A DNA stretch of 64,000 nt from Ignavibacteriota bacterium (lineage in GTDB: Bacteria > Bacteroidota > Ignavibacteria > UBA10030), in assembly GCA_963701295.1 (NCBI GenBank), contig OY969585.1, forward strand, positions 3,072,001-3,136,000, read 5' to 3'. The notes beneath the pieces were generated by a model that was not told the DNA's origin, did no database searches, and saw nothing but the letters and a program-made list of their open reading frames with translations. The first letter of the stretch is position 1. Every line of letters begins with the position of its first letter. A program made the position numbers and the translations under genes. Below, piece after piece: positions 33,337 to 43,123 of the stretch.

Positions 33337-36300
33337 TCAATCTATGTCAATATTAAGGCGAAGACCAAATGAAATATTGCGTGGATTGAGAAACCAATAC
33401 GTGGAAGGATTAGGCATATCAATATATGCTTTATCCTTATTGATCTGATCGATCCTTGCCTGATCAACTACCTTCCACCGCGGAGTCTGATCAGTTGTAC
33501 CAGCCGGGAGTGTAATGGTTGGATCATACTGCCAATATTTTCCAGTGCTGTTTTCATAATAAACTGCAACTGTACTCCCTGCGCCTTTCATTGTCTGAGC
33601 CATCGATGCTTGATATACTTCGGGTACCCAATCTACGCCAGGTGTACGATAATCCCCGAATTTATCATCACCGGGAATATTTAGGTAAGCGTTACTTTCG
33701 GGTAAATGGAGTGAAGCTTGGTAAGCTATATCACCAGTATTGTTCAAACGGAGTGTATTGAAGAGGTTGGAAATATCGACATACAGTTGAATGTTGAATC
33801 GTTTAAACACAAAAGACTTGCTTGCCCGCAATCTTGCATCAAAATAATCCACGTATTGCACATTATTCATTATACCAGGAGCATTTTGTGGATTATATGT
33901 AGTCCATCCGCCCGCACTCCAATTTAAGAGAATGCTGGCCATAAAATCACCAAGAATTTTGTTCCCGAGTAATGTTGGCCCAAAATCTTCAGGTGTCGAG
34001 AAATTAAGGTTTGCCCTTGCAAAAGGCGCAGGTATAGGGCGAGCCTGATAGATATTGGTAACGTTTGCTATGTTTTCTACATAGTTCGTTTGCTGAGCCG
34101 GATCTTCATACTGACGTGGCACCATGAAGTTACCAGACGATGTTGCTTGATATGTATAATTGATGAAACCATAAAACCAACGACCGACAGATTTACGTAG
34201 AGTAAACTCAAATCCTCGAATATCTGAATAACCCGTAGAGGTTGTTACCTGATAGGATGATCCTCCAATGGGATAGTATGTTATTTGATTATACGGGTCA
34301 CTCTGCTGATTACTGATATCTCGATAAAATGCTGTTAGTTGAACCAGCACCTCACCATCAAATAATTGATGATCATACCCTAATTCATATGAAATAGTTT
34401 TAGCAAGCGCAAGATTCGGATCACCGATACCCGCTAATGTGTTATCGTTTCGCCGATCGAATCGGAATAGAGATTCGTACTGAGGCATCTGTTTAAAGTG
34501 CCCGTAATTAAAATACAGTTTAGAATTCTCTGTAATAGGATGTGAAATGCCTAAACGAGGGCTGAGCTGCCATTGACCCTCTGATTTTGTCATTGCGAAA
34601 GTCATATCAGTGCTATATTTATATCCATAGAAATTCGAGTTGTACGGATCGAATACCCACCAAGAAGTATTAGAGTTACTATAATCGAGACGTAAACCGG
34701 CGTTGAGAGTAAACCCTTGGGTCTCCAGTTTATCCTGAGCATAGGCTCCAGCCCTCAGTGGATAATTTTCCATCTGAACACGGCTTGCATACGTTAAGCC
34801 TGCAGTTTGCATCTGTATAAATCCGTAATCCAAATTCAGATCATTATAAACGAATTCAGCGCCTGCTTTCACCTGGTTACTGAAATCGACCTGGCTTGTA
34901 ATATCAAATTTGGCTGTTGTCGAACTTGCCGTAGAATTATCGCGTGCTAATGATTGTTGTTCGCCTGCATAAACAATAATTCCATCTGAGGAACTTGCCG
35001 CCGGAAAATAACCATCTGGATTTGACGTTTCATAAAACCCTGGCACTATTTCAAATTTTTGTGAAGTATCCCGCGCTGCAGGTGGACGAGAGAAGTAACT
35101 GCGCCGAAAATATTCTATCGAAGCTTCATATAATGTTTTTGGACTGAGTGTTTGAGTGATTTTTGCCGATAAGGAGCGATTACCAATATCTGTTAAACTG
35201 TATGTCCAATCACTGAACATATTAAACAATACACTGCCACCTGTGCCGCCCGCGATATCACTCGGGGTTTGCGGATAAGATAATCTGTTCCAATTATCCT
35301 GCTCCGTAGCAATATTACCTATAAGGCCTGAAACACTAAGCTTCATCGATTTGCTGATATCCGAGGTAATGACTAACCGTCCATCATAATTTGAATAATC
35401 CGGTCTCGACATCGGAAAGAGCAGCATATCTCTCTCGCTGCGATAGGAGGCAAAGAACCGAAGATTTCCAAGTACGTCAGAAACGAACGGAACTGGGCCA
35501 CCAAAACCAGCATCAATATTGTAATCGGGTCGATTGTTGATTTGTGCTTTCCGGGTCTCATATTCAAAAGCTCTTTGAGCTCCTAGTGGTGTTAAATCAT
35601 TCGTTGGATCATTGTCTGACATCAATTGCTGGGAGATCTGGTTCCATCCAACAAAGGGGAGATAATGTTGTTGGGTATATATATCCCACCCACCAGCAGT
35701 TGTTCCAGTCCAACAGACTGCAGGGTCATAATACGATCGCAGCCAATAAGAATTCGGATCCTGAACATCTGGTATACCATTGCCTCGATAATATTTTGGC
35801 GCCGGAGGCGTCATATTTACCATAATACTTCCTGAGTATCCTTTTTGCTTTCCTTCATTTGTCACGACTTTCAAAATACCAGATTGCACTTGTCCATATT
35901 CTGCATTGAATCCTCCGCGCTCAACAGAAACATCTTTTACACTACTGAGCGCTACTCTCGTTACAGCTTGATTATTTCGGGGATCCCTCATAGTGACACC
36001 ATCAAGAAGGAAGAGCGATTGATCCATTGTGCTGCCACGAATCTTATCATTGTTAATACCGGCTTGCATATTAACAACATCCATTACATTAGATGCGGGG
36101 AGATCCTCAATCTCGCTTACAGAAACATCAACCACGCTGGTAGCAACATCCTTCTTAATAACATTTCTCTCGGCTGTGATGATTGTCTCGCCAACTTCGA
36201 TTGCTTGCGGTTCAAGCGCAATATCCACTCGTGCAGTTTGATCGATGTAAACCCTGACATCGTTGACAAGGATTTTTCTATATCCGATAAATGATATTTG

Positions 36301-36531
36301 AACCATATATGTTCCTGGCGGAACATAGAGAACGGTATACTGACCATCAACGTCAGTCACTACGCCTAACGACGTCCCAACCACAACGATATTGGCTCCA
36401 ATCATAGGTTCGCCTGTCGCTTTATCGGTTATTGTGCCGGCGATCTTTCCTGTCGTTCCAGACCATAATTGTGAGACTGTTACAACCACCAATATTAACA
36501 TTAAGAAAATTAATCTCATCAGTTGATTCAT
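33337..36531 (-). CDS. TonB-dependent transporter with N-terminal carboxypeptidase-regulatory-like domain (cassette 1)
   Basis: GTTGKIAGTITDKATGEP, plug motif GGFNAEYGQVQSG, YAQDKLE, LSPRLGISHPIT, KTISYELG, NPRNISFGL. ATG at 36531 follows a GAAGGAG RBS. Confidence 0.88.
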   Translation of the reverse strand: MNQLMRLIFLMLILVVVTVSQLWSGTTGKIAGTITDKATGEPMIGANIVVVGTSLGVVTDVDGQYTVLYVPPGTYMVQISFIGYRKILVNDVRVYIDQTARVDIALEPQAIEVGETIITAERNVIKKDVATSVVDVSVSEIEDLPASNVMDVVNMQAGINNDKIRGSTMDQSLFLLDGVTMRDPRNNQAVTRVALSSVKDVSVERGGFNAEYGQVQSGILKVVTNEGKQKGYSGSIMVNMTPPAPKYYRGNGIPDVQDPNSYWLRSYYDPAVCWTGTTAGGWDIYTQQHYLPFVGWNQISQQLMSDNDPTNDLTPLGAQRAFEYETRKAQINNRPDYNIDAGFGGPVPFVSDVLGNLRFFASYRSERDMLLFPMSRPDYSNYDGRLVITSDISKSMKLSVSGLIGNIATEQDNWNRLSYPQTPSDIAGGTGGSVLFNMFSDWTYSLTDIGNRSLSAKITQTLSPKTLYEASIEYFRRSYFSRPPAARDTSQKFEIVPGFYETSNPDGYFPAASSSDGIIVYAGEQQSLARDNSTASSTTAKFDITSQVDFSNQVKAGAEFVYNDLNLDYGFIQMQTAGLTYASRVQMENYPLRAGAYAQDKLETQGFTLNAGLRLDYSNSNTSWWVFDPYNSNFYGYKYSTDMTFAMTKSEGQWQLSPRLGISHPITENSKLYFNYGHFKQMPQYESLFRFDRRNDNTLAGIGDPNLALAKTISYELGYDHQLFDGEVLVQLTAFYRDISNQQSDPYNQITYYPIGGSSYQVTTSTGYSDIRGFEFTLRKSVGRWFYGFINYTYQATSSGNFMVPRQYEDPAQQTNYVENIANVTNIYQARPIPAPFARANLNFSTPEDFGPTLLGNKILGDFMASILLNWSAGGWTTYNPQNAPGIMNNVQYVDYFDARLRASKSFVFKRFNIQLYVDISNLFNTLRLNNTGDIAYQASLHLPESNAYLNIPGDDKFGDYRTPGVDWVPEVYQASMAQTMKGAGSTVAVYYENSTGKYWQYDPTITLPAGTTDQTPRWKVVDQARIDQINKDKAYIDMPNPSTYWFLNPRNISFGLRLNIDID

Positions 36532-36769
36532 AATTATTTCTCCTTCTAATTTGAATTGACTGCTACTGCTGGAAAGCGAGGATTTTTTCTCCAAATTTCA
36601 AAGCGAAGCAATACCATAACGATGCTCTAGAGCGAGTTACACTTCACGATGTTTTTTTAAAGACTGAGTAAAGAACAACAGATAAAGAAGAAGTATTAAA
36701 AATTTTTCGATAAAATGTCTCCACTACATTAATTGAGCAGCTAAAAATTTTAAACTTTATTTCGATTCC

Positions 36770-36860
36770 TTGACTTTAAAAAATATTTGAACTAAACTCA
36801 CTGATTGAAAATTGATTGAATTGTTTCAATGGAATATAAGTAGTATTCTTTAAAAGTCAA
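36770..36860. promoter_or_regulatory. Face-to-face sigma70 promoters with central LacI-type operator (copy 1)
   Basis: Plus strand TTGACT(36770)-N17-TAAACT. Minus strand TTGACT(36860)-N16-TATATT. Between them the palindrome ATTGAA-TTGT-TTCAAT (36815-36830). Confidence 0.65.
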
Positions 36861-36904
36861 GTTTTTTTAATAAAATATCTATCCATCAGTTTTGGATACC
36901 GCTA

Positions 36905-37196
36905 GTGAAAAAAGTTACGATTGGCGATATAGCCAGACGAGTGGAAGTCTCAATAGGCACGGTGTCTGCCGTGATTAATGGAAAAAAACTGTTAAACCGG
37001 AAACAAGAAAAGCTGTTCTGAGCGCAATAAAAGGACTGAATTACTGGCCACGTGGAAGCGTTCGGAATTTTAAAAATGCGGATATATATTCTAACAGTAT
37101 CGGATTACTCATTCGCGAATTAGACAATCCGTTCTATATGAAGATTACAAAGGGGGTTCTAGAATCCTCCAAAAGCAAAGGATATTTAGTCAGCAT
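36905..37196 (+). pseudogene. lacI-family regulator pseudogene (5' copy of 47026-48054)
   Basis: GTG AAA AAA GTT ACG ATT GGC GAT ATA GCC... aligns with the intact gene for about 290 bp. It has a 1-nt deletion in the A-run at about 36982-36988 and is truncated at the IS relic. Confidence 0.88.
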
Positions 37197-37776
37197 GGTA
37201 CTGCACCCCATCAGCTTTTTGACAATCGACGTCTGCGGGTGTTGGTGATCTTGGAAAATTACACGAAGGAGTGTTTGACTCTTGAAGCTAATGCAAGGAT
37301 CCGGGGAATCGATGTGGTGACGACACTGGAACAAATTACGCGTGAACATGGATTTCCGAAACGGATTAAAGTAGATAATGGACCAGAATTCATCTCAAAG
37401 GATTTAGACCGATGGGCATATTGGAATCATGTGGAACTGGATTTCAGTCGTCCGGGTAGACCATCGGACAATGCACTGGTTGAAGCATTCAACTCTCGTT
37501 TTCGACAAGAGTGTTTGAATCAACATTGGTTTCTGTCGCTGGAAGATGCCAGAGGGAAACTTTCTCACTGGCAAAACGAACACAATACCGAGAGACCACA
37601 CAGTGCATTAGGTTACCGAGCACTATTGGAAGGTAAGTTCAAAACAACCAATGTGAAAGCTGTTGCGGCATAAAATCATAGAAATACTTACATTGAATTT
37701 GGACCCACGATGGGGGCAAGTACCCAATATACTTTTTACTAAGTTTAAATTGGATCGCTTTTTCGGGAGCAGGTCA
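37197..37776 (+). mobile_element. Internally deleted IS3-family (IS407-like) relic carrying an OrfB integrase-core fragment
   Basis: ORF 37239-37673 has KVDNGPEF, SRPGRPSDNALVEAFNSRFRQECLN and ERPHSALGY. Imperfect inverted repeats GGTACTGCACCCCATC (37197) and GATGGGGGCAAGTACC (37709-37724). A second IRR-like end, GGGAGCAGGTCA, ends at 37776. Confidence 0.82.
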
Positions 37777-38002
37777 GTGTGATTCTAGTTTCACCTGTTC
37801 ATTTCGCTGTATGCATATCGGTCACCATCTCCATCAAAGTCCTTATGAATTGGAAACCGTTCGGTTGAACGATTCTTTTCACGTCCCAATTGGATACCTC
37901 AAGTTTTTCTGGCGTTGTAGTGAATTTGGTTGTTTTGGTTTCTTAATCTCTATTGGGCATGAAACCAGCGAAGCCAAGAAGAACAAAGAAATTAACTCAC
38001 TT

Positions 38003-38044
38003 AAAAAGAAATACGCCTGTAGCTTTCTCTTAGCTACAGGCGTA
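38003..38044 (-). terminator. Rho-independent terminator of transporter cassette 2
   Basis: TACGCCTGTAGCT...AGCTACAGGCGTA stem (38012-38044) preceded by AAAAAGAAA (U-tract on the minus strand). Confidence 0.82.
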
Positions 38045-38074
38045 CTTGTGTCTCAAGTTGAAGATAAATTGTTC

Positions 38075-39433
38075 TCAATAATATGGCGCGCCGGTTGTTC
38101 CTACATCTACCTTATATACTAACCAGTTTACAGCTGGAGTTGTATTACCACTTATATAGTAAATATTATCTCCAAAACAAATTTGTCTGCAATAGGTTGG
38201 CAGAATACCTTTGTAAATGAAATCCACACTATTAGGTGATATTGGAAAACTCGTTGCATCTGCGATTAAGATTGGATACTGTGAATTAGTTCCAATGTAC
38301 ATCATTGTTCCATCTGCAGAAAAAGAAAATCCACTTATAGGAAGAGAGGCGAGTGCAGTATGAGTGCAGTCAAGCACGAGTTCCTGGGTGCCTATCTTGC
38401 TTGTATCACTAATCGAATGGCGCCAGAATGCTGTTCTCGTTGCAACATAAACGTAATTGTTGAATACGCGTATACTTAATATCGTGTCTTGTGGATAAAA
38501 CCCATCCATCCTTATAGAACGATTAGGGCGGATTACCACAATGCCGCTTTTTGACCCACCGGTATAAAAATAACCGTTTGCGTCAAAATCACCGTATGAA
38601 ATTTTAGGAGAAATTTGTTTTAATAATAAAGAATCATATAACGTCGGTGAATTCAAGTCAATCATGTGAACATCTTTAGAATTTGGAAATGCACCCTGCA
38701 GGTAATAGAGTTTACCGTCTGGGCTGATTTTCGCATCCGACAACGTTATCGGCTTTGTCAACTGAGTCTGCGGTGTCTCTCCAGCTAAATATCCAAGTAA
38801 TGTCTTCCCTCCACTTGGCGAAATTTTCCAGAGATTATATAGAAAATTCGAAACAGAAGAACTTACAACTGTTGTGACTGCTTCAATAACATAGAGATTT
38901 CCGTATTTGTCAAGAGTAAGCGTGCTCAATGGCACATTTGTTGTAAAACTACCATACGGTTCCTTTATTGCAGTAATTTTGTACGGACTAAATTTAGCCA
39001 AGGCAAGTGATTTATTCGAAGCTATTTTTATTATACATGAATCTGAAACTATGTCGGGTCTTAAAACTTTTATTGCTGATGAAGATGCTTCCACGACAGT
39101 TGCCTGCATACCATTAAAGTAAACACCGTTATGTACAAAAGTATTATTCGTTATTAGTACTGAATCTCTCACGTTTAAAGAATCAATATAATAATAATAC
39201 TTAGTTACACTGGTTGAATCCAAAGCACCTGCTAAATTCGTACCGAGAATTGTTATATAGTTCACTCCTGCTGTTGCTTGTACAGGAGTGATTCCGGTAA
39301 TAGTCACAATTACTGAATTTGGTGGAGGACTATACCATTGTGGTTCTGCGACATCATATTTACACCCGACGATTACCGTCATCAATGACGCGACTATAAA
39401 AAAGGCCATTGCGTAAATGCGATAGGATTTCAT
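38075..39433 (-). CDS. Lipoprotein with IPT/TIG domain and probable beta-propeller (cassette 2)
   Basis: Lipobox VIVGC-KYDVAEPQW. Paralogous to 28675-29928, sharing the C-terminal W.VYKVD.G..GAPYY. Confidence 0.78.
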   Translation of the reverse strand: MKSYRIYAMAFFIVASLMTVIVGCKYDVAEPQWYSPPPNSVIVTITGITPVQATAGVNYITILGTNLAGALDSTSVTKYYYYIDSLNVRDSVLITNNTFVHNGVYFNGMQATVVEASSSAIKVLRPDIVSDSCIIKIASNKSLALAKFSPYKITAIKEPYGSFTTNVPLSTLTLDKYGNLYVIEAVTTVVSSSVSNFLYNLWKISPSGGKTLLGYLAGETPQTQLTKPITLSDAKISPDGKLYYLQGAFPNSKDVHMIDLNSPTLYDSLLLKQISPKISYGDFDANGYFYTGGSKSGIVVIRPNRSIRMDGFYPQDTILSIRVFNNYVYVATRTAFWRHSISDTSKIGTQELVLDCTHTALASLPISGFSFSADGTMMYIGTNSQYPILIADATSFPISPNSVDFIYKGILPTYCRQICFGDNIYYISGNTTPAVNWLVYKVDVGTTGAPYY

Positions 39434-39448
39434 GATCTTCTTCCTTCA

Positions 39449-40486
39449 TCAATTAAATGAAAAACGAGCGGTCACTCGCTGAACCTTGTCAAACACCCCA
39501 AACGGCGTATAGGCATAATCAAAAGCAAAACCGAATCGAGAGATCCCAAGCCCATACGACATTCCGTTCCCACCATTGTCATTGGCATATCCTGCACGTA
39601 ATGATAGCGTGCTCATCACCCGGTATTCCAACCCAACTTTAATCTGTTCCGGATGATCAACGTAATGACTCGCATCGACACTTATATTCAGCGATTGATC
39701 CAGCGGAACTTCCCCAATAAAATCCATAAGGTTCATTGATAATCCCAGGGTAAACACCAAGGGCGTCTGAAACCCTTCCTGTGAATACTTGATATCCTTC
39801 GAAAAATTCCGCACCGACATCCCAAATACCAGACTCTTTACTCCCGTCTTGAACTGCGTTCCAAAATCAAATACATACGGCGTCAGTTTATTCGATACAT
39901 ATACCGTATCTGCAATTCGTCCCCCTTTAACCGTGTCAGTCCGAATATTGACCGCTGTCATCGATTGACCCAAATCCTGTCGTGCCCATCGTACCTGCCC
40001 TCCTACACTAAATCGATCCGTCAACTGTTTGGCATACCCAACTCCAATCGCTAATGCATTTAAATTAAATATGCCTGTATCATCATACCCCAGCGGAACG
40101 GTCGTGTTCACGCGCGTACCAAAAAAATCCCCGTAATCCACATACTGCACACTAAAGCCTAAAACTCCATATTCACCCTTGGCGGGGCGGATGGCCAAAC
40201 TAAATGTCTGGTGCTTGATATCCGCTATCCACTGGTTGATGCTCGCCGTTACGTCGATAAAATTTGCCATGTCCGCCATTCCCGCTGGATTAAAAAACAA
40301 TGCGCTGGAGCCGATCTGAAGACTGGTCATCGCCTCTGCCATTGCTGCTGCACGCGCGTCTGACACGACACTCAAAAATTGAAATCCTGTCTGCGCCAAT
40401 TTCTGGTTCTCTTGGGCATACCCTCTGCTGAACAATACGCCTCCCACCAGTATACCAACGATTACTATATATATCTTCTTTTCCAT
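39449..40486 (-). CDS. PorV/PorQ-family outer-membrane beta-barrel (cassette 2)
   Basis: AQTGFQFLSV..DARAAAMAEA, LFFNPAGM, LSLRAGY and FDYAYTPFG. Paralog of 29949-31007. Confidence 0.82.
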   Translation of the reverse strand: MEKKIYIVIVGILVGGVLFSRGYAQENQKLAQTGFQFLSVVSDARAAAMAEAMTSLQIGSSALFFNPAGMADMANFIDVTASINQWIADIKHQTFSLAIRPAKGEYGVLGFSVQYVDYGDFFGTRVNTTVPLGYDDTGIFNLNALAIGVGYAKQLTDRFSVGGQVRWARQDLGQSMTAVNIRTDTVKGGRIADTVYVSNKLTPYVFDFGTQFKTGVKSLVFGMSVRNFSKDIKYSQEGFQTPLVFTLGLSMNLMDFIGEVPLDQSLNISVDASHYVDHPEQIKVGLEYRVMSTLSLRAGYANDNGGNGMSYGLGISRFGFAFDYAYTPFGVFDKVQRVTARFSFN

Positions 40487-40497
40487 TGATCGTCTCC

Positions 40498-43104
40498 TTA
40501 CCTGATGACTACAAACTTACGAAATACCGATTGACCGTCGGGCGTCTCAACGTAGAGAATATAAATCCCGCTGGCTATGATCTGTCCCGAGGAAGTTGTC
40601 GAATTCCATAGCTCATCACCTGTGCCTTTTGTATGAGCTCTTTGCCAGATCAAATCACCTCGCTCTGTGAATATCTTCAGTTGACAAATTGGAGGCAATC
40701 CATAAAACGCTATCCGGTCATATTGAGATTGGTCACCAAACTGGAAGAACCTCCCCCGTATATCATACGGGTTGGGAACAACACGCACCATATCGAGTCC
40801 CTTCCCGCTGGCAATTGCATATAAAGTCACAAAATTTGAACCAAGATATGATACTTCATTACCCGCACTATAGTGTGATCCAGAGATCCAGTTCCCTTGT
40901 GATACCAGCAATTGCCAATGTGTCTTATCTATATCCGGTGCGATCGTGTCACGAGCAAACTCACTTCTGCAAATATAACTTGACCCATTATAGGTCACTA
41001 TATCATGCGTCGTATCTGCATAGCTTGACCTTGATATCCATGCCCCTTTATTAAATGCTAGAGAGTCTCCTTGTGTCGTCGCCATTTGCCAACTCGTATC
41101 AACATCTGGTTTTGTCGTATCAAATACAGCGAGCTTACAGATATAATTTATATGATTATAGGTTACAACATCATGACTACTATAATGGTTCGTGTCAGAC
41201 CACGTCCCTTTATATGGCACTATCAATTTCCAAAATGTATTAAGTACATCTGGTGGAAATGGTGTCTTTGGTTCTGCCGGCCGCTGGAGCGTTGCAGGAA
41301 CACTGGTTATAGTCCAGAATAAACTGCTGTAAAGAGCTGTTCCTGCCTGCGTTCCATCGTCTTTCGATTGAATATAATAATAATAGTCGAATCCCCTCTT
41401 CGCCGTGACATCATCAAATTCATTGACAATGTTAGATTTTGTACAATCGAAGATCTTTTCATATACCGTTCTTCTATCCAGGACATTTCCTTGGGAGCGA
41501 TAAATTACATATCCACCGAAGTGTGGGTCACTCTCGGCATTATTCGCCCACGTGAGGATAATTCTATCTCCGCCGGATGTAACCGTAAATTGATTAGGTG
41601 GAGGGGGAGGTTTTGGAATCGCGTAACCGGAGTTATAATTATTTAACGCATTATGATAGGTTTTCAGAATAGAATCTACTCCAGTTTGAACCCAAATACG
41701 TTTATATGCATCGAAGTCGGTTGTTGTTGTTCCGTCCGGCAGAGTCAAAGTAGGTTTGCCCGGTGAATTGTTCCACCATAGGAGCCATTTACTGCCAACT
41801 TCACAAGCTTTTTCCCATGAGATGCCCGCCACAGCTTCTGCCATAACGATGTGAATACTGTCGCCGGGTGCTAAATGATACGGACCATATGCCATCTCTG
41901 GCTGGATTCCACCGCCGAGATTCCTTACCGGATCTTTCCAATTTGCTGCATAATTATTTCCAACAAGAACGTCATGCTGATGTGCCGCATCCGGATGACC
42001 ATCTGTAATTGCAGCCCAGCGCACGGACATAATCTGTTCATCGTATTGACTTACATCTTTATTCATTATTGCACCATCGGCACTGATATAGTGGTTTGTT
42101 CTGGGTTGCCAAATATCATCCGATTTATCAGTCGCGCTTTTATCAGCATGGAGCGTCACACTTCCTGCATATTTCGCCGCTGCTAATTCGCCGGTTTCTA
42201 ACTGATCTGGATCTCCCCAGTCATCATCATAAGAAACTCTCGTTCGCTCTAAATCCGGGCCATACCAAGTATAAGCGGCTCGTAGTTGGTAAGTGGGTTT
42301 AGATGGATCGGTATACTCTGGTGCAGTTGGATCCCCGCCAACTGAATGATTTGTGTTACTCTCTCCCCACGTTGAATTCCATGATCCCCAACCCAAACCA
42401 TATCCTGTGCAGCTTACTCCAGCAAATGAATATCGATCAGTAAAATAAAAATAAACGGAATCTAATGTTTGTTGTATGACATCGCCAGCCGCATCATAGA
42501 TTCCTGTATTTGTGAAGACGAAATCTTTTATATGATAATTATCGTTGTTCGGTTGGTCAAACACCATTTGCTTTTTCGTGACCGAGATTCCCATGGATGT
42601 ATTAAACTTCACCAGTACTTCACGGTCACACTCCAGATTGAGATTCACCTCATCTAAAATGTCAAATGAATTGAGTACCGATGCAAGTTGATCATCCACA
42701 GTGACAATTGGATGAGTCCTCTTGCCTATAAGTTTGATTACTTGTGGAAAGATTTTAGTCGAATACGTTCCAACGCGCGGTCCGGCATCAATGACCTTGT
42801 AGCTTAGCACTTTACCAGCTACCGGATCATTGAAATTCCTACATCCGATCCATAATCCTCTCATCCGAAGTGTATTCTGATCAATACTATATTGCGCAGG
42901 CCACGAGAAGATGTTGCTATTACCAGCTGTAAATTCACCCTCAAATTCCCCTCCTATCTCATTGACGGGTGTCTGAAGTGGTGTAATACGGAGCCATCGA
43001 ATTTGCTGTGCGTAACTGGAATTAAAATTACCGCAGGTTATGATTAAAAAGCCCACCGCAAGTATCAGAAGTCGAAAAATAATTTTTATTTTTTCTGTTT
43101 TCAT
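40498..43104 (-). CDS. Large secreted protein with Fn3-like domain, three CBM5/12-like repeats and atypical CTD (cassette 2; putative SusD substitute)
   Basis: Paralog of 31019-33301 with extra repeats KGTWSDTNHYSSHDVVTYNHINYIC, KGAWISRSSYADTTHDIVTYNGSSYIC and QGNWISGSHYSAGNEVSYLGSNFV. Ends VVPNPY...RKFVVIR. Confidence 0.75.
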   Translation of the reverse strand: MKTEKIKIIFRLLILAVGFLIITCGNFNSSYAQQIRWLRITPLQTPVNEIGGEFEGEFTAGNSNIFSWPAQYSIDQNTLRMRGLWIGCRNFNDPVAGKVLSYKVIDAGPRVGTYSTKIFPQVIKLIGKRTHPIVTVDDQLASVLNSFDILDEVNLNLECDREVLVKFNTSMGISVTKKQMVFDQPNNDNYHIKDFVFTNTGIYDAAGDVIQQTLDSVYFYFTDRYSFAGVSCTGYGLGWGSWNSTWGESNTNHSVGGDPTAPEYTDPSKPTYQLRAAYTWYGPDLERTRVSYDDDWGDPDQLETGELAAAKYAGSVTLHADKSATDKSDDIWQPRTNHYISADGAIMNKDVSQYDEQIMSVRWAAITDGHPDAAHQHDVLVGNNYAANWKDPVRNLGGGIQPEMAYGPYHLAPGDSIHIVMAEAVAGISWEKACEVGSKWLLWWNNSPGKPTLTLPDGTTTTDFDAYKRIWVQTGVDSILKTYHNALNNYNSGYAIPKPPPPPNQFTVTSGGDRIILTWANNAESDPHFGGYVIYRSQGNVLDRRTVYEKIFDCTKSNIVNEFDDVTAKRGFDYYYYIQSKDDGTQAGTALYSSLFWTITSVPATLQRPAEPKTPFPPDVLNTFWKLIVPYKGTWSDTNHYSSHDVVTYNHINYICKLAVFDTTKPDVDTSWQMATTQGDSLAFNKGAWISRSSYADTTHDIVTYNGSSYICRSEFARDTIAPDIDKTHWQLLVSQGNWISGSHYSAGNEVSYLGSNFVTLYAIASGKGLDMVRVVPNPYDIRGRFFQFGDQSQYDRIAFYGLPPICQLKIFTERGDLIWQRAHTKGTGDELWNSTTSSGQIIASGIYILYVETPDGQSVFRKFVVIR

Positions 43105-43123
43105 GGCGATCTCTTTTTATTTG

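Noticed and set aside
36532-36594. N-terminal extensions in the ORF track (TBDT from 36594, lacI from 46990, GH from 28463, methyltransferase from 62089)
   Set aside because: These use TTG starts upstream of better starts supported by RBS, signal peptide or paralog alignment.
36770-36860. Invertible promoter bounded by the TTGACTTT inverted repeat
   Set aside because: Both copies have the same orientation, no recombinase is nearby, and two opposing -35 boxes explain the repeat.
37780-38122. ORF 37811-38122 and a short interrupted minus-strand reading between the IS relic and the terminator
   Set aside because: The ORF runs through a terminator hairpin into the end of the lipoprotein gene, and neither reading has a recognisable motif.
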